From the NCBI GenBank assembly GCA_965112155.1, contig OZ218098.1: DNA of 64,000 nucleotides; one strand, given 5' to 3'. The notes beneath the pieces were generated by a model. That model saw only the letters and a list, made by a program, of their open reading frames with translations, was not told where the DNA came from and did no database searches. Positions 25,928 through 39,450 of the stretch are shown piece after piece; position 1 is the stretch's first letter, and the number at the start of each line of letters is the position of its first letter. Both the position numbers and the translations under genes were made by a program. The stretch comes from Podarcis liolepis (lineage: Eukaryota).

Positions 25928-27610
25928 TCTACATGGCAGAGGATGATGAACTTGCTCCTCTAACACATGAAGGAGTATCCCAGTAAATGAATGCACCAGT
26001 GTTCTGTCTTGCCCAAAATAAAATTACATTATTTTCCCCACTGCCATCATCTCCATGGAGATGTCCAAACTCTGTGTCGCATTTAAAGCTGCACTTTGCT
26101 GAAGGAGTTGATACACATCTGTGCTTGTGTCAGCTAGGACTTGGATGGAGATGAACACCTTGTTTGCTTGTCAGACTAATCCATTACATAGCGACTTTGC
26201 AGCCACTTTCATTCTTGACTGACCTAATTACACTAAAAGACTCCGTTGCAGAATGGGGAAAAAATAGTACAAGTCATCTTACACCTTACAATATTTTTTT
26301 TTGTAGAACTTGTCCTCCCATTAACTTAAACCTTTAAGGTAGCTACTGAATATTAAATGGAAGTGCATGGAAGTGGCAATAAGCTACTGAGAAATATGAT
26401 TGTAGAGTATGAGTCTGTTTCAAGTTAAACTCTGCTGTTCCGACTAATTTCCTATAGTTGCTTTACTCATCAAGTTGGTTGAAAGCAGCATGACGTTAGA
26501 GGAGAATGATAGCATTGATTAAACTACTTCATAGAGATCAAGTGTACTTCTTGCATACCAAGATATTGGCATACATGTAGCAGATGCCTACAGCCCTGAA
26601 AACAGTTAAGTCTTTTAGTAAGACAAGACAGTGATCCCATTTATAAGGAGGTGAACTTCATGAATATTGCTGTGATTAAAATACATATTGATTTTACTTT
26701 GTGTTTAAATTAGCCTTATACTGTGTCTGGAAAGAAAGACTGGCATGGTTTGCACGTTGCATTAAACCGCAGTTAAAATAAACCATGGTTTTGTGTGAAT
26801 GAGCAATATATTGGTGCATGTTGACGAAACAGAGTTCTTTGCTAGTCACCCACTTCTGTGATTGTCATGCCGCCATGAAACAAGCCATGGTCTGTCTTGT
26901 TGTGTTTCAGTACTGGCTCATGGTTTGTCTCTCTCCCAAAATGCCCCATAAGTGAAAGCTGAGCTGGGTTATGAAGCCATAGATTGTTTAATGTAATGTG
27001 TGAACCAAGCCACTGTCAAAAGTTATTTACTTTACAATCAAGGAATGACTATAAAGTTCTCAGAATTGCAGTCCATCTACTATGTGTTTACAGCTTCAGA
27101 ATAAGCTTAAAACTGCTGTTCAGACACCAGCAAACATTGCCTGCTAGCCACTATGAGGGAAATAATTCTGATTTGTATAACCTGAAAAATCTGAATGCCA
27201 TCATCAAGTGGGCTGTGATCAGAAGAGGTACTTCAGGGGTGCCAGTGGGGCTGTACATTTATTTTTTCTTTGAACACAAATCTGTGCTACTTCACAATCT
27301 ACTTTTGAAAGTCCCATCTATTTCATGTTCCATGGGAGTACCTACTGAAGTAGCGCAAGCATAAAGCCTCAGGTACATGGAACTTGTGCAGCTAATGGCA
27401 TTCAGCCCTGGTATTATTGCTACCTGTCATTGGCAAGTACAGGTAACTCACAACTTATGAGCATTTAACTTGTCCATGTTGAGCTTTACACACTTGGAAT
27501 TAAAAATAAATAAATAAATAAATAAAAAGGGGGTGGGCATCCAGGGAAAAATGACTTTGGCAATTCCACTTGCTATACCTGATATTGGCTGGGAAGTACA
27601 GTTGGGAGGA

Positions 27611-27766
27611 GTGCCAGTGGCATAGTGGGTCAGTGCATCTGACTGTTAACCAGAAGGTTGATGGTTCAAGCCCATCCAGGGATGGCTGTGGGCAGGATTC
27701 TTGCATTGCGGGGAGTTGGAAAAGTTGACTCGGGGACCCTTCCAGTTTCCATGATTCTATGACTCT
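27611..27766 (+). mobile_element. tRNA-Asn-derived SINE with a CR1 tail
   Basis: Head gactGTTaaccagaaggttgatggttcaagcccatccagggatgg resembles vertebrate tRNA-Asn(GTT). It is followed by gattcttgcattgcgggg...cccttccag...atgattctatga, the same tail as the CR1 copies here. Confidence 0.75.
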
Positions 27767-29332
27767 CTGAGTGACTGACATTTTGATGTGACATTCTGTC
27801 CTGGTATTTGCTCAGTATATTAGGACACTATAATTAGGCAATTGGGGCTCACCTCCAAATGCAATCTACTTGGCAAGTGTTTTCTGTTGAATCAAAATAG
27901 TCACAAGAACTATAGAAAAATAAACAAACAAAAACACCAAAAAATCCATTGAGAAGCAGTTTTGAAACGGCTTTGCCTTCTAATCCCAATGGTTCCAAAC
28001 GGTTTATGTGTTTCAAACATAGCAAACTTCTTTAAAACTGAGGAGTTTCATAAGCAGTTTAAATATGTCATGAAAGGTCTGCTGCTAAAAGAAAAATAGT
28101 TATATGAAAAATTCGGCTAGACATGCCAAGTCCTACTGTGCGCCTAAAATAGCTCTTTGGATCCTAGTCTATAAAAGATTGATTTAAAAAGTTATGTGAA
28201 TTTACCTTTTGCATTCAGTTTTTAAATCCTATTTAATTCAAATTTTCCACTGCACTGTCAAACTAGCAACTTCTTTTTCTTTTTTCTGTTTCTATTATTT
28301 TAATTTTTGCTTGGTTTTGTTTCAGATGTGTATATGTACCTGTTTATGGAAAATTAAATAAAAGGAATTCATTTTTTATATCCTATTTTATCTGCTTGCA
28401 TTTTGTTCTGTAAAACAACAGAATGATTGGCTTCCTCTTCCTTGGAAATATGAAATGTGCTGTTTTCCCCTGTTGTCAAATTAAGCTTTCCCTTCTAGCA
28501 AGAAGAAGCATTACTGTAAGTTCCGAAGGGTGTTTATCCATCTGGAATTCCTTGTACAGTCTCTTTATCAGATAAAGTGGTTCTCAGGGTTATACTGACA
28601 ATCATTTCCCTCAAACATCCCCGCCGTATCATATAATACAATCTGTGGATTCTCTGCCTTTTACCTTCCAGGAAACGCGTTGCACATTTTGAATGGATTA
28701 GAAAATGAAAATATTGCCATGAAATATCCTAAGTGGGGGTTGGGGGGGAGGATGTGTGATGTGGCAGATGGTACACCACTTCTGAAGCTCTGCTGGCTTG
28801 CCCAAGGCGTGGTGCAAAGTGTAAGGGGTTGGACTTGCCCTGTGTGTATCTTCATTTTTCAGTCTGGTTCCTGTTTCACAGATGCACGGCCCTCTCCAAA
28901 GAATGAAGGGAGCTTAGATTTAGCAGATTTGAAGCTGCCTCTGCTCCACCCCTACAATGCCCATTTGGGGACCTAGCACTGGTTGCATGCAGAAGCGTCA
29001 TTGTCAATGTGGATTAGACTACTGGGCTGGCTGCAAGTGTAGTAAGGCATATTCAGTGGATGTGGTCCTCTGCCAGCAGAGCTCTCCTCTACAAAGAGAG
29101 AGGTGACACTGTTCCTTTTTAATCCCTTCTAGCTAGTTGATCTGGGTTAGGACACTCTAGAGTTGCAAGCTTCTGCACAGACCCTTCATGCTACCTCACG
29201 CTGCCTTGCTCCTTCTCCTTCCCCTCTTAGTATCTGGCAGTGTTGGGAAGCCAAGTGAGCAAGGCTGCCCTGCTTGCGTGCCACTTCTGAGTTAACATCA
29301 ATAAATATATATAATAACCCCATTTTTAACAA

Positions 29333-29532
29333 TGTAGCTCACTGTTAGAGCATATACTTTGCATGTAGAAGGTCCCATATTCAACCCCCTATGTCTCCAG
29401 GTCCTATTGGAAGAGACTCTAATCTGAAATCCTGAGAGTTGCTTATGTACGGTGTAGACAGTACAGTACTGAACTAGATGGACCATTGACCTGATTCAGT
29501 ATATAGGGCAGCATTCTGTGTTTCCATGTCCC
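29333..29532 (+). mobile_element. Squam3-type SINE
   Basis: gtagctcactgttagagcatatactttgcatgtagaaggtccc...tactgaactagatggacc...ggcagcattc. Confidence 0.8.
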
Positions 29533-31076
29533 TGGACTCTAAAAGGTTCCACACCCCTGACTTAAGTTACAGTAATTCTAGATCATGTCTAAGTCGGATA
29601 TGGCCTTTATTTTTGCCCCAGCCCTCATCCTGTCTTCTTTCCTGACAGTCAAAGTGTGTGTTGCTTGGCCTTTGTGTCACCCCTGGCTAATATCCTGAAG
29701 GTCATGCCAAACTGTCTGTTTTGCATACAAAACCTATAAATATGGAACCTAGCCTACCTTGGATAAATTGCCTTCAGCTGGAATCAGTATTATATCCTTC
29801 TTTATTTCCAAGGAGGATATTGATTTCTGTTTCCATAATTGTTTCTTCCACAGCCCATAAGAGATTAACTACATGCCTATTATACCAGCTGTGGCAAGAC
29901 TTGTCAGTTACATAAGAGATTTTCTTTATTTAATTGTCTGCCATATATATGTGTTCTGTGTTCTGATTGATAAACCTATTTTTTATGTACTGTATATAGT
30001 TTAAGTGATGTACAGTATTGTATTCTGATCTGGACATACATTTTGAAACACTGTATATCATTTTGTTTTTCTTCTGATTCAAACTACTGTCCGGGCATAT
30101 GTTACCCTTCTAGGGAGTTGGGTGGACAGAAATTGAGAGCTGGCAGAGTGGTGTGTCACAGTACCCTAGTCGGATTCCTCTACTTTCTACACTTAGTATC
30201 TCACTGCAGGTTTAACTCTATCTGTGTTGGCAGCTAGTGATTCTCCGGGCTGTGTTAGTGTTCATTTAGTCCCAGTAGTAAAGTTGGGAGAATTAAACCT
30301 CCATTTGAGCCTGCATACTTTATGGTCTTGTGGGCAACAAGGTTAAAGGCTCTCTTAGAAAGACACCAGGGATGCTAGAGTGCCAGTGCCTGGCTGTATA
30401 CGCAACACTGCCATTTCCCACACTTGAAAGCACTTGAAAGCATTTTCATTCTTTTTCTGTGTGGAGGAGGCAATATAGAGCTAAATATATCACTTGCCAA
30501 TTTTATTCCTCCGTAAGGTGTTATATTAGTCAGTCTGGCTCCTAAATTTCATTTCATTTTATTTAGTTTGGGTATTTATATCCTGCCGTTAAACAAATTC
30601 TCATGACAGCTATATAAATATTGTCAGGATTAGATTGTAACAGCCCCCTGAAATACAAGCAATACAGTAATCGTACTTATCTGGAAAAGATTTGGGAAAA
30701 GGTGGTGTAGGAAAGACAAAATGAAGATAGCTAATTAATACACTTTTTTTCTTTTCTTTTTTTGGCTTTGTGCACTAAATTTTAAAATGAGAAGGAAAGG
30801 TTTTGATAAACTATTCAGGAGGGAAGCTCCACTCATTTGATTTAGACCATCTTTTTCAGTGGCATTTTTGGATAAAAATTATCTAAAAGTGCCACTAAAG
30901 TCTCTGAGTGCTATTCTAACATTGTAGTTTGAAAATATCAAGTGTGTCTACCTTTTGTGAATGGTGTAAAAAAAGGACTGATTTTATTTTTTATTATTAT
31001 TATTTTTGCTTAGTTCCAGCATGTTTTCTGGTGATACATATTGAACTGATAATTCATCTTTTGAGATTTGTGCAGC

Positions 31077-31280
31077 TGGGGTGGGACAGAGAGGGTAAAC
31101 TTGTGGTTTATTAATCTGTATTGGGGAAAGAAAAAAACCCAAAGGTTCCTTACACAACCCCACCCCCCTTTATTCAGAGAGGAATAAAGGGGGGTGGGGT
31201 TGTGTAAGGAACCTTTGGGTTTTTTTCTTTCCCCAATACAGATTAATAAACCACAAGTTTACCCTCTCTGTCCCACCCCA
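31077..31280. repeat. Perfect inverted repeat: 99-bp arms, 6-nt spacer (AGAGAG)
   Basis: 31077-31175 is the exact reverse complement of 31182-31280 (checked by eye, including homopolymer lengths). Confidence 0.95.
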
Positions 31281-31487
31281 TTCATGAATAGTCTACCTGC
31301 TCTCTCTTACATTATTTATTGTTGGCTACAATTATTTTTCAGTGGTGCAACTTGCAATAGCTGCAGTATGGAGTTTGTTCAGGATTTCAGCTAGCCAGCA
31401 ACACATTCTAGTATATTTTATTTCATTCCTCTCCTCTTAATAGTCAATCAGGTTTTCATGTGTATTGATCATGCTTAATCTTTTGGA

Positions 31488-32010
31488 TGGGAGAAAAGCA
31501 ATGACAAACTTAGACAGCATCTTAAAAAGCAGAGACATCACCTTGCCAACAAAGGTCCCTATAGTTAAAGCTATGGTTTTCCCAGTAGTGATGTATGGAA
31601 GTGAGAGCTGGACCATAAAGAAGGCTGATCGCAGAAGAATTGATGCTTTTGAATTATGGTGCTGGAGGAGACTATTGAGAGTCCCATGGACTGCAAGAAG
31701 ATCAAACCTATCCATTCTGAAGGAAATCAGCCCTGAGTGCTCACTGGAAGGACAGATCGTGAAGCTGAGGCTCCAATACTTTGGTCACCTCATGAGAAGA
31801 GAAGACTCCCTGGAAAAGACCCTGATGTTGGGAAAGATGGAGGGCACAAGGAGAAGGGGACAACAGAGGACGAGATGGCTGGACAGTGTTCTCGAAGCTA
31901 CCAGAATGAGTTTGACCAAACTGCGGGAGGCAGTGGAGGACAGGAGTGCCTGGCGTGCTCTGGTCCATGGGGTCACGAAGAGTCGGACACGACTAAACAA
32001 CAACAACAAC
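31488..32010 (+). mobile_element. 5'-truncated BovB (RTE clade) LINE
   Basis: Translation AMTNLDSILKSRDITLPTKV...RIDAFELWCWRRLLRVPWTARRSN...LQYFGHLMRREDSLEKTLMLGK is the BovB C-terminus. The 3' end is agtcggacacgact + (CAA)n. 11-bp TSD AATCTTTTGGA at 31477-31487 and 32011-32021. Confidence 0.95.
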
Positions 32011-34067
32011 AATCTTTTGGAGCCCTCCACCTTTAGGTATTATTAGCATTGGTATTATAATAATCAGCATTATTGCTATGGTTATCATCATTATACATTT
32101 CTGCAAGGAAGCCTTAGGGTTATACTGATGCTACTGATACCCACATCTTTGTTGGTGCTATTTTGTCTATATAAAGAGAAGGTAGTAAATAAGATAACAG
32201 ATAACATCTAATAAATACCTCTTTAACTGCAACACACACAAACCATGCACACAAACAGACACTCACCAGTTTTTTATGATCATCCTCATCAGTTCAGTTG
32301 GTGTCAAAATTAGGAAATGGCTGCATGAGTTTTACTAGTTCCAACAAGTAGAAATCCATTTACAGGAACTTTTGCTATTTTAAATGCTTTCCTAGATTTT
32401 TTAAATCTGTTTATCTAATGTTAAAGAACACGCCCCTCCCCCTACAGTCTCTTTAAATTGTAAAACCATTAATTCAGGAGCATTCCAATCTATCTCCATT
32501 CTTCACCTTGAAAGCAGAAATGAGTGATCATGTACCAAACCTGTTCCACAGAGAGATACAGAATGATTGGTTCAGCAAATTTTAGTTGCAGACATAGTTT
32601 CCTCCAATTCTCTGACGTGCTATTCTGTAGATGCTAATATTCAAGTTCATTGGGGCTTAGTTGTTTATCAGAGCTTCTCTGAAGTGCAACATTGCTGATT
32701 CCTAAGGGACAAGTGTTAAATAGTGACTTGCCTCCTTGGTCATGGTAAGTAAGAATTGCCTCTAACTGAGCAGCTGAGAAGGTTTTTGTAAATGAGAGGA
32801 CAGTGCTTTTGCTTTCTCTTCCAGCCTCTTAAATTTCCACAAATTACTTATGCTGGTATGCATTTGTAGGTGGGCTACAAAATTTCTGTGGAATTATTTA
32901 CAATAGTGTCTTAAGGTTAATTTTCCACCTTTTTAAAAAAATTGTGTGGTGACAATTGGGTGCTCCCTTTTTGTGAAGCTGATTGTTGTGTTAATAATAG
33001 TGGGAGATAATGAAATGAGATGTTTTCCTTAATGGACCATCTACTTGCAGAGCGGAATCGGTATTCTGCCAGTGGTGGGGGTGTAGATCTGGGCTATAAT
33101 TGTTAAATGAGAATGTAGGTGTGCCCCTCTCCCCCCCACTTAAAGAGGAGAAACCGTTGTTGCATTCCTTTAATGGGAGCAGGGTGGGAAGTGCAAGGTG
33201 CTTAAGTGCAAGTTGAATGTCTGAATCAATACATTTTACACTTGTACATTTTCCTTGATTTTTTTCCCTTCAATCAGCTACAGCTGAATTACTGAATACT
33301 TTAGAGGGCTCACTTCAGTAGCAAGTAGATTTAAAATGAGGTCAGTACTCATAGAGTGTAAGTCACTCTTGTGTAACCAAAGCAGATCTGTTGCTGGTTA
33401 AAGGGCTGTAATACTTGGTTAAGAAAAAGGTTGAGTTTCTTTCTTGTTGCTGTTATATTCATTTGAAGCCACCCATGCTAAATACTATAAGCAAGGCAGT
33501 ACAATAGTGAAATCCTAAGTTAGCACTGAGGTGATTTGTACATAGAAATCACAACTGTTTTAGAAGCAAGCATAAGAATTTAGATAGGAAACAAGTAGGC
33601 ATCCTCCATCTGGCTTGCAGTAATTATATAAATTAAAGCTGTGTTTCTATGGCCTGCTTTCAGATAATTTTTACTGACATAATACATACTTGATCCTCCC
33701 AGGGAACATAATCTGGCCTCATTCTGCTGAGTGATGACATCACCATATACTATGCAACATAAGCTATTTGTTAAAGCAGAACCACAGCAATCTGGTTCCC
33801 AAGCTACAAGTGCAGTGTATTATATAATAGTCTGCCACTTGAGCTGAAGAGACTGGGGTCTCTAGAGTTCATTTTGTGGATTGGCTGCTTCTGATGGATG
33901 GTAGCAAAGCAATTTGTTAATTTTGCTTCTGGTTTGTTTGCATCGTGTTTTACTTGCTTGGGTCCTTCTTTTAGTATTTTTTGTTGCCCCCCCCCAAGTC
34001 TAAACTAGCTTCCCACTATCTCTGCACAAGGACCAGATGTTAGCTGAATGAAGGTGATGCACTGTAC

Positions 34068-34246
34068 AGTAAGAGCTGTTCAACGGTGGAACAGTCTCCC
34101 TCGGGAGGCTGTGGATTTTCCTTCCTTGGAGGTTTTTAAGCAGAGGTTGAATGGCAATCTGTCATGGATGCTTTAGCTGAGTTTCCTGAATTGCCGGGAG
34201 TTGGACTAGATGACCCTTGGGGTTCCTTCTAACTCTATGATTCTGT
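34068..34246 (+). mobile_element. CR1 LINE 3' fragment
   Basis: agtaagagctgttcaacggtggaac...ttggaggtttttaagcagagg...aactctatgattctgtga. Confidence 0.85.
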
Positions 34247-37200
34247 GAAAGGGAGGTCGTCTTGTTGATTATATTTTCAAATAATTTTCTCTGTTATGCA
34301 ACTAGACTGGCCTCTGTACAGATGCAACATGTTTATGTACCTGGGTTTTGTTTTTTTAAAAAATTGCAAATGCTTTGTAGTAGCTTTTAAACACATGCCA
34401 ACCGTAAACTCACTACCTCAAAAGCCTCTCAAGGCCCTCATTGCAGTTTTCACAACTGGGAAGATTTCAGAAATGTTCCATCTCTCCAAAAAGCTACTAA
34501 ATATAAAACAAAAGTAGGATAATCATATTCTACATTAGAAAAAAGAGTTTAATTAAAGAAAAGCCGTTCCAAACCTTAATTCCAAGAGTGTCTTTGCAAT
34601 TTTAGTATTTTTTTCCTACTTCACTTTAACATTGTTAAAATGTTGATATAGTTGCATGGCTTTTAGCACTTTTTTTGTAGTTGCACTTGTAAAAGTGCCG
34701 CTTCCACAGATTGACCCAGTCAAGTGGGCACATATCGGTTAACGTGATCCTCCAAGTAAACAGGCCCTAAGCTGTAAAGGCCTTTAGGGGGGGAAATCCA
34801 AAATCTATCATAGAGAAGTTAATAACTGTGATGAGACAGCCAAGTCTAATCTACATCTGGCCTGACTGATTTTCCTTTTGTCTGATGATATGTTCCTGAT
34901 ATCCGCAGTGGAATTCAGCTTATGCATTTACTTACGTTGTAGAAATCAGCAGCAGGCTAGCCCATTCCACTACGACCAATTGCAATACAGAAACAAATGC
35001 TAGTATTTCTAAACAGCTGGAAACTCTTGTATTCACCATCTCTTGCACTAGATTATAGTGTTATGAAGCTTCAATTAGTATAATTAGGTTGACAGCTGCA
35101 CATTCACAATGAGTGAAAATCCAATTGTTGACTCTTCTGGTTTGGACTCCCAGGACCTTATTGAATTACATCAGAAGGGATGTATTTGTTAGTGATGTGA
35201 TACATTTAAAGTACTGTAGAGAAATGCTAAGCAAATAAACCATTGTTCTAGGGGCTTAAGCTCCTAACTTAATGCTAAACTCTAATTTGTGAACCTGTTC
35301 TAAACTTGTAATAAGAGCACTTTTTTTAAAAAAAAAGTAGTAAAAGCTTTGCCTGCTGACTGACTTGTAGAACTACTGTATTAGTGTTGTCTTCAATATA
35401 GAATGGTCAGAAGAAGATTTCTTAAGCTAAATGTCAAAGAGGAAAAACTTGTATAAAGATACATTTTAAGAAAGGCATGTCATGGCTTTTGTTAGGAAGT
35501 TCTCTGACTCCTTTTAACAGTTTTTTTGTATTTTTATAGATAAAGATGTAAAGTATTTTTGGTGGGGGAAATTGCCAGAAAAGGTTAAGATAAGTGTTCA
35601 CAGACACAGGTTTGAGTATGAACCCGTCAGACCTTTTATAGACTGTAGAGCTATAGCTTGGTTTAATTCAAAACTATTTGCAGTGTTTTATAATTTATGT
35701 TTATTGTGTAGATCTGTGCAAGGCATCACATTCATTTTGCCAGTCTTCCTTCTATCTTCAACTGTCGATCTTCTCATTTTTTTACTTTTCTGTCTCTGAA
35801 ACTTGCAGTAGCTGAGGGCAACATAAAGTGATAGATGTATGGTTGGCCAAAGTTAAAGAGGATAGTCCTTATATTTACTGTGTTCTGTTACATGTTTTTC
35901 CATATAAAGGGTTTTCTCCAGCAGCTTAGAATTAATACTATTTTAGATGCCTAGGTACAGGAGTAGTCACTGTGATAGGGCAGTGCTATAGAACCATGTT
36001 CCCTACAGCAGCAGCACTGCCACGTACCTGGATAATGTAGAGTTGGGGTGGCAGCAAAGTCAGGGCTGCAAAATTGCACCGATGACGCAACAATGCAATA
36101 TTCAGAGGATGGCTCCTGAATATGTATTAATGTTAAACATAGTTCCACGGTCTCAGAGCTCTTTCTCCGAGGTCAGCAGGATTTGTGGGCATGACTGATT
36201 ATAGAGCAAAGCTGAACCAGGAAGCCTCCAGACAAATTTGCATGCTTTAAATGACACCCAGTTTTCACATTGGATGGGCCTCTGAACTAGTGGGAATGGT
36301 ATGGTGGAGCGGGGGGCGGGGAGAGAATAAACTCCTGTGGCCTGTCTTTCTGTGCTAAAATCTGTTTTCCAAGTGAATAAAATATTATGATATGAACAAT
36401 CCTAATAAATAGCAGGAAGAATGAATACATAGAATCGGGAGCAAGCCACATTAAAATGAAGTCAAAGGCTATTGGAAAAAGAACTCTACAATATGATGTC
36501 AGAGGGGAGGTTAAGGAGATATCTTTGACACGAGTTCAGTCTCCCGTGGCAGCCACAAAAAGCCCTGCTCTTGTAGTGACTAACATAGACCCCAGCTGAG
36601 TAGGACTATGAATCAGAATGGCCCCAGAAGATTATCTACTCTCCATGATGGTGCTGCATTGCTAAATGTTTCCCCCTCCTCTAAATAATATGGCACATGA
36701 AGCATTTGCTAGCACATTGGTTCTGTTCTCTTAGAAACTGTGTACATGGCAGAATTTGTTCTCTGTGTTGTTTCATCATTAATATAAACACTTTCATTCA
36801 GTTTTGGCTCTTAGATCTGTCCCCTCCCCACTCTTTTAAAAACTCATTTGAGACACTAATCTTGTCCTATTGGAGCTGTCCTTGATGCTTAAACTCTCTT
36901 TTATGTACTCATTAAGCTCACTGAATTCCACTTCTGCAGAGTTATTAGCTGTCTTACTTTGTGTGTATGAAATTGCATCCTTTGTTAATTCAAACCTATA
37001 GACAGCAGCAGATCCCTGGGAAATTCTGTGTTCCAGAGATTGAGGTGGCACAATTGGTATTGCTCTCTGCTAAAACTCTTTTCCTTGAGTGTAAATCAGT
37101 GCTGTTGAGCCATTCGGTATGGTAGGCACACATCAATAGCTGTATAATTTATCTCAAGATGTGAGCTCGATTAAGTGCATAGTGTCTTTGTAAACACCTG

Positions 37201-37971
37201 CAGGGTTACTGAATAATAATAAAAAAGAATCTCTTGGAAAACCTTGAATCATCCTTGAAAACTTTGACACATCTTGTTGCATAAACATGTTTCCCTGAAA
37301 TAAGAAATCTTTGCTGGGGATACTTGTTTTTAAAAATGTTTTTTTTTGTTTGTTTGTTTGAAGAACTAGAACTACTTCCTGCCATGATATCCTCCTACAC
37401 CTTTCCTGCAATTTAGTTTGCTGACACAGAACATAGCAAATGAGTTTATACTATGGATGGGGAATCTGTGGCCCTCCAGATGTTGTTGGACTATAACTTA
37501 ACCATTGGCCCTGCTGGCTAAGGCCAGTATAAGGACAGAAGGAATTATAGTCCAACATATGGAGGGCCAAACATTCCCCATTCTTTGTTTATGCAAAGCT
37601 TGCCAATTATTTTGTCAAATTCAGTAAACAAATATTTACACAGTTTCGTAACTATTCTGCTATCTCCTATGCTGGTGGTATTGGTGGACTGGTCCCACTG
37701 GTGCTGGTGATAAATAATGGTAATATTGTAAACTGAGGTTTTCCATTCTTCCCTGTCCTCTGCTTATTCCCCATTGACAGTCTTTTTATGGATTTGGTTC
37801 ACCATGCAAGCACCTGCCTTGCCCAAATTTTATTTATTTGTGCCGCATTCAACAGCAACCTGTTTAAGAATTGCTGTTTCCTCAGTCTAGGTGGAGTGCA
37901 TGTCTTCTCATACTCCTGTTGGCTACATTTATGGGATCAGGTAGATAAAAAAAAATGGTGAGAAGAATATA

Positions 37972-38051
37972 TAGGGCGAGTCCTTTAAAAGAGGCCCCGT
38001 GGATACAGAGTACACATGTTTCACGGTGCCTCTTTTAAAAGACTCACCCTG
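37972..38051. mobile_element. 80-bp mariner-type MITE
   Basis: 30-bp TIRs (26/30 complementary), 20-bp spacer, TA on both sides. Confidence 0.8.
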
Positions 38052-38479
38052 TATTATTGCTGTTTGTGTAAGTAAGTGTAATTGAATTGGCTGAATTCTG
38101 CTGCTATCTGATCCTGCCCAATTTTACCTCCATGATGTCCATGAGAGGGTAGAAAGGGAAACTGAGTTGAGGATGTGCTATGCATTACATTTATAGTCTA
38201 CTTTTCTTTCATCATAGAACTCGAGGCAATGTGCATAGGATTCCCAAGCAGGCTCCCTTCTAAGCACTCACAAGACACAGGCCTATTAACTTCAGCAGAG
38301 TTAAAACACTGTATGCTTGTAGAGCATGTTCTATAATCAAGGGTTCTTTCCCAAGCTTCTATTGCTCCATGGTCATAGTTCTGCCTGTTGCTCATACGAG
38401 AAAGTCCATGGCCTTTTCAGTATTGGTGCTTCTATTTCTGTAGTCACACTGTGTGGGTAGCAGAAATACGGATGAGGTG

Positions 38480-39450
38480 CTGGTGTTGACCTACACAATC
38501 CTAAATGATTTTGGACCTTGCACCTCTCCCTGTGACAGCTGCCCTGTGCTTCTAGATTTATAGGTGAGCCCCTCATCTTCTTACATCACTCAGCGGATGC
38601 AGAGCGTTCTCAGTGGTGGTATCCCACTTTGGGAATTCCCTGCTCCTAGAGAGGCATGAGCAGGGCCAGTGCATTTGTCATTTGGTTTGGAAGCTGCAGC
38701 TGGTGCAAAATATGGTGGCTCAACTGCTTACTGGAGCAAGACATTGTTTTACACTGCTGTTTGAAGAATTGCACTTGCTGCCAGTTATGTGCTGAGTTAA
38801 GTTCAGCATGCTGGTTTTAGTGTAAAGAACCCTATGCTGGGACCACCAGGAAACCTGAAAGATCATCTCACCACTTATTTACCCAATTCATCAGTGCACT
38901 CTACGGATGAGGGCCTCCTGCAGATACCATCTTACCATTAGGTCTGTTCCACACAATGTAGCAATCAAGCATTTAGTGTTGTAGCACCTACTCTTGTGGA
39001 ATTATTTCCCCATGAATATAAGGTCCTGTGTCTTTTCAGGTGATATATTTCCTAGCCTGCATCACAAGGTGATATATTTCCTAGCCTGCATCTATATTGG
39101 AGTTGTTTTTAAGTTTTGTTTTGTTTTGTCGTTTGGTTGCTTGCCACCCAGGTTTCTTTTGAGAGGAACAAGGGATATAAATTTAATAAATAAATAATTT
39201 TTCCAGCACTGGGTGAAAACTCATCTGTTTGCTTTTTGGAGTTGCTATAGATTTTGTCATTACTGTAAGTTACTGCCCAGGCTGTGACTCCTTGTGTGTT
39301 TAGAGTGCTATATTTTTTTTAATCTGCTTCCATAAGTTGTGCTGAATTGGTTCTACTGCCGTGTTATTGTGCTGTTTTATTATATTGTAATCTGCCCTGG
39401 GACCATATGATGAAGGGTTGGGTAGACATTCTCTTACAAATAAAATAAAT
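38480..39450 (+). mobile_element. Cluster of degenerate L2 LINE 3' fragments
   Basis: KLQLVQNMVAQLLTG...LHLLPV motif (ORF 38613-38795) typical of the L2 ORF2 C-terminus; two (TAAA)n-type tails near 39185 and 39445. Confidence 0.7.

Noticed and set aside
27611-27685. Functional tRNA-Asn gene
   Set aside because: The 5' half is degenerate, no oligo-T terminator follows, and it runs into a CR1 tail; it is SINE-derived.
31465-32046. 193-aa ORF as a host gene
   Set aside because: It is the C-terminal fragment of a BovB LINE bounded by a TSD; the start and stop come from flanking DNA.
39038-39092. Exact 26-bp direct duplication (aggtgatatatttcctagcctgcatc x2)
   Set aside because: A local slippage or repair duplication within a dead L2 fragment; no sign of function.
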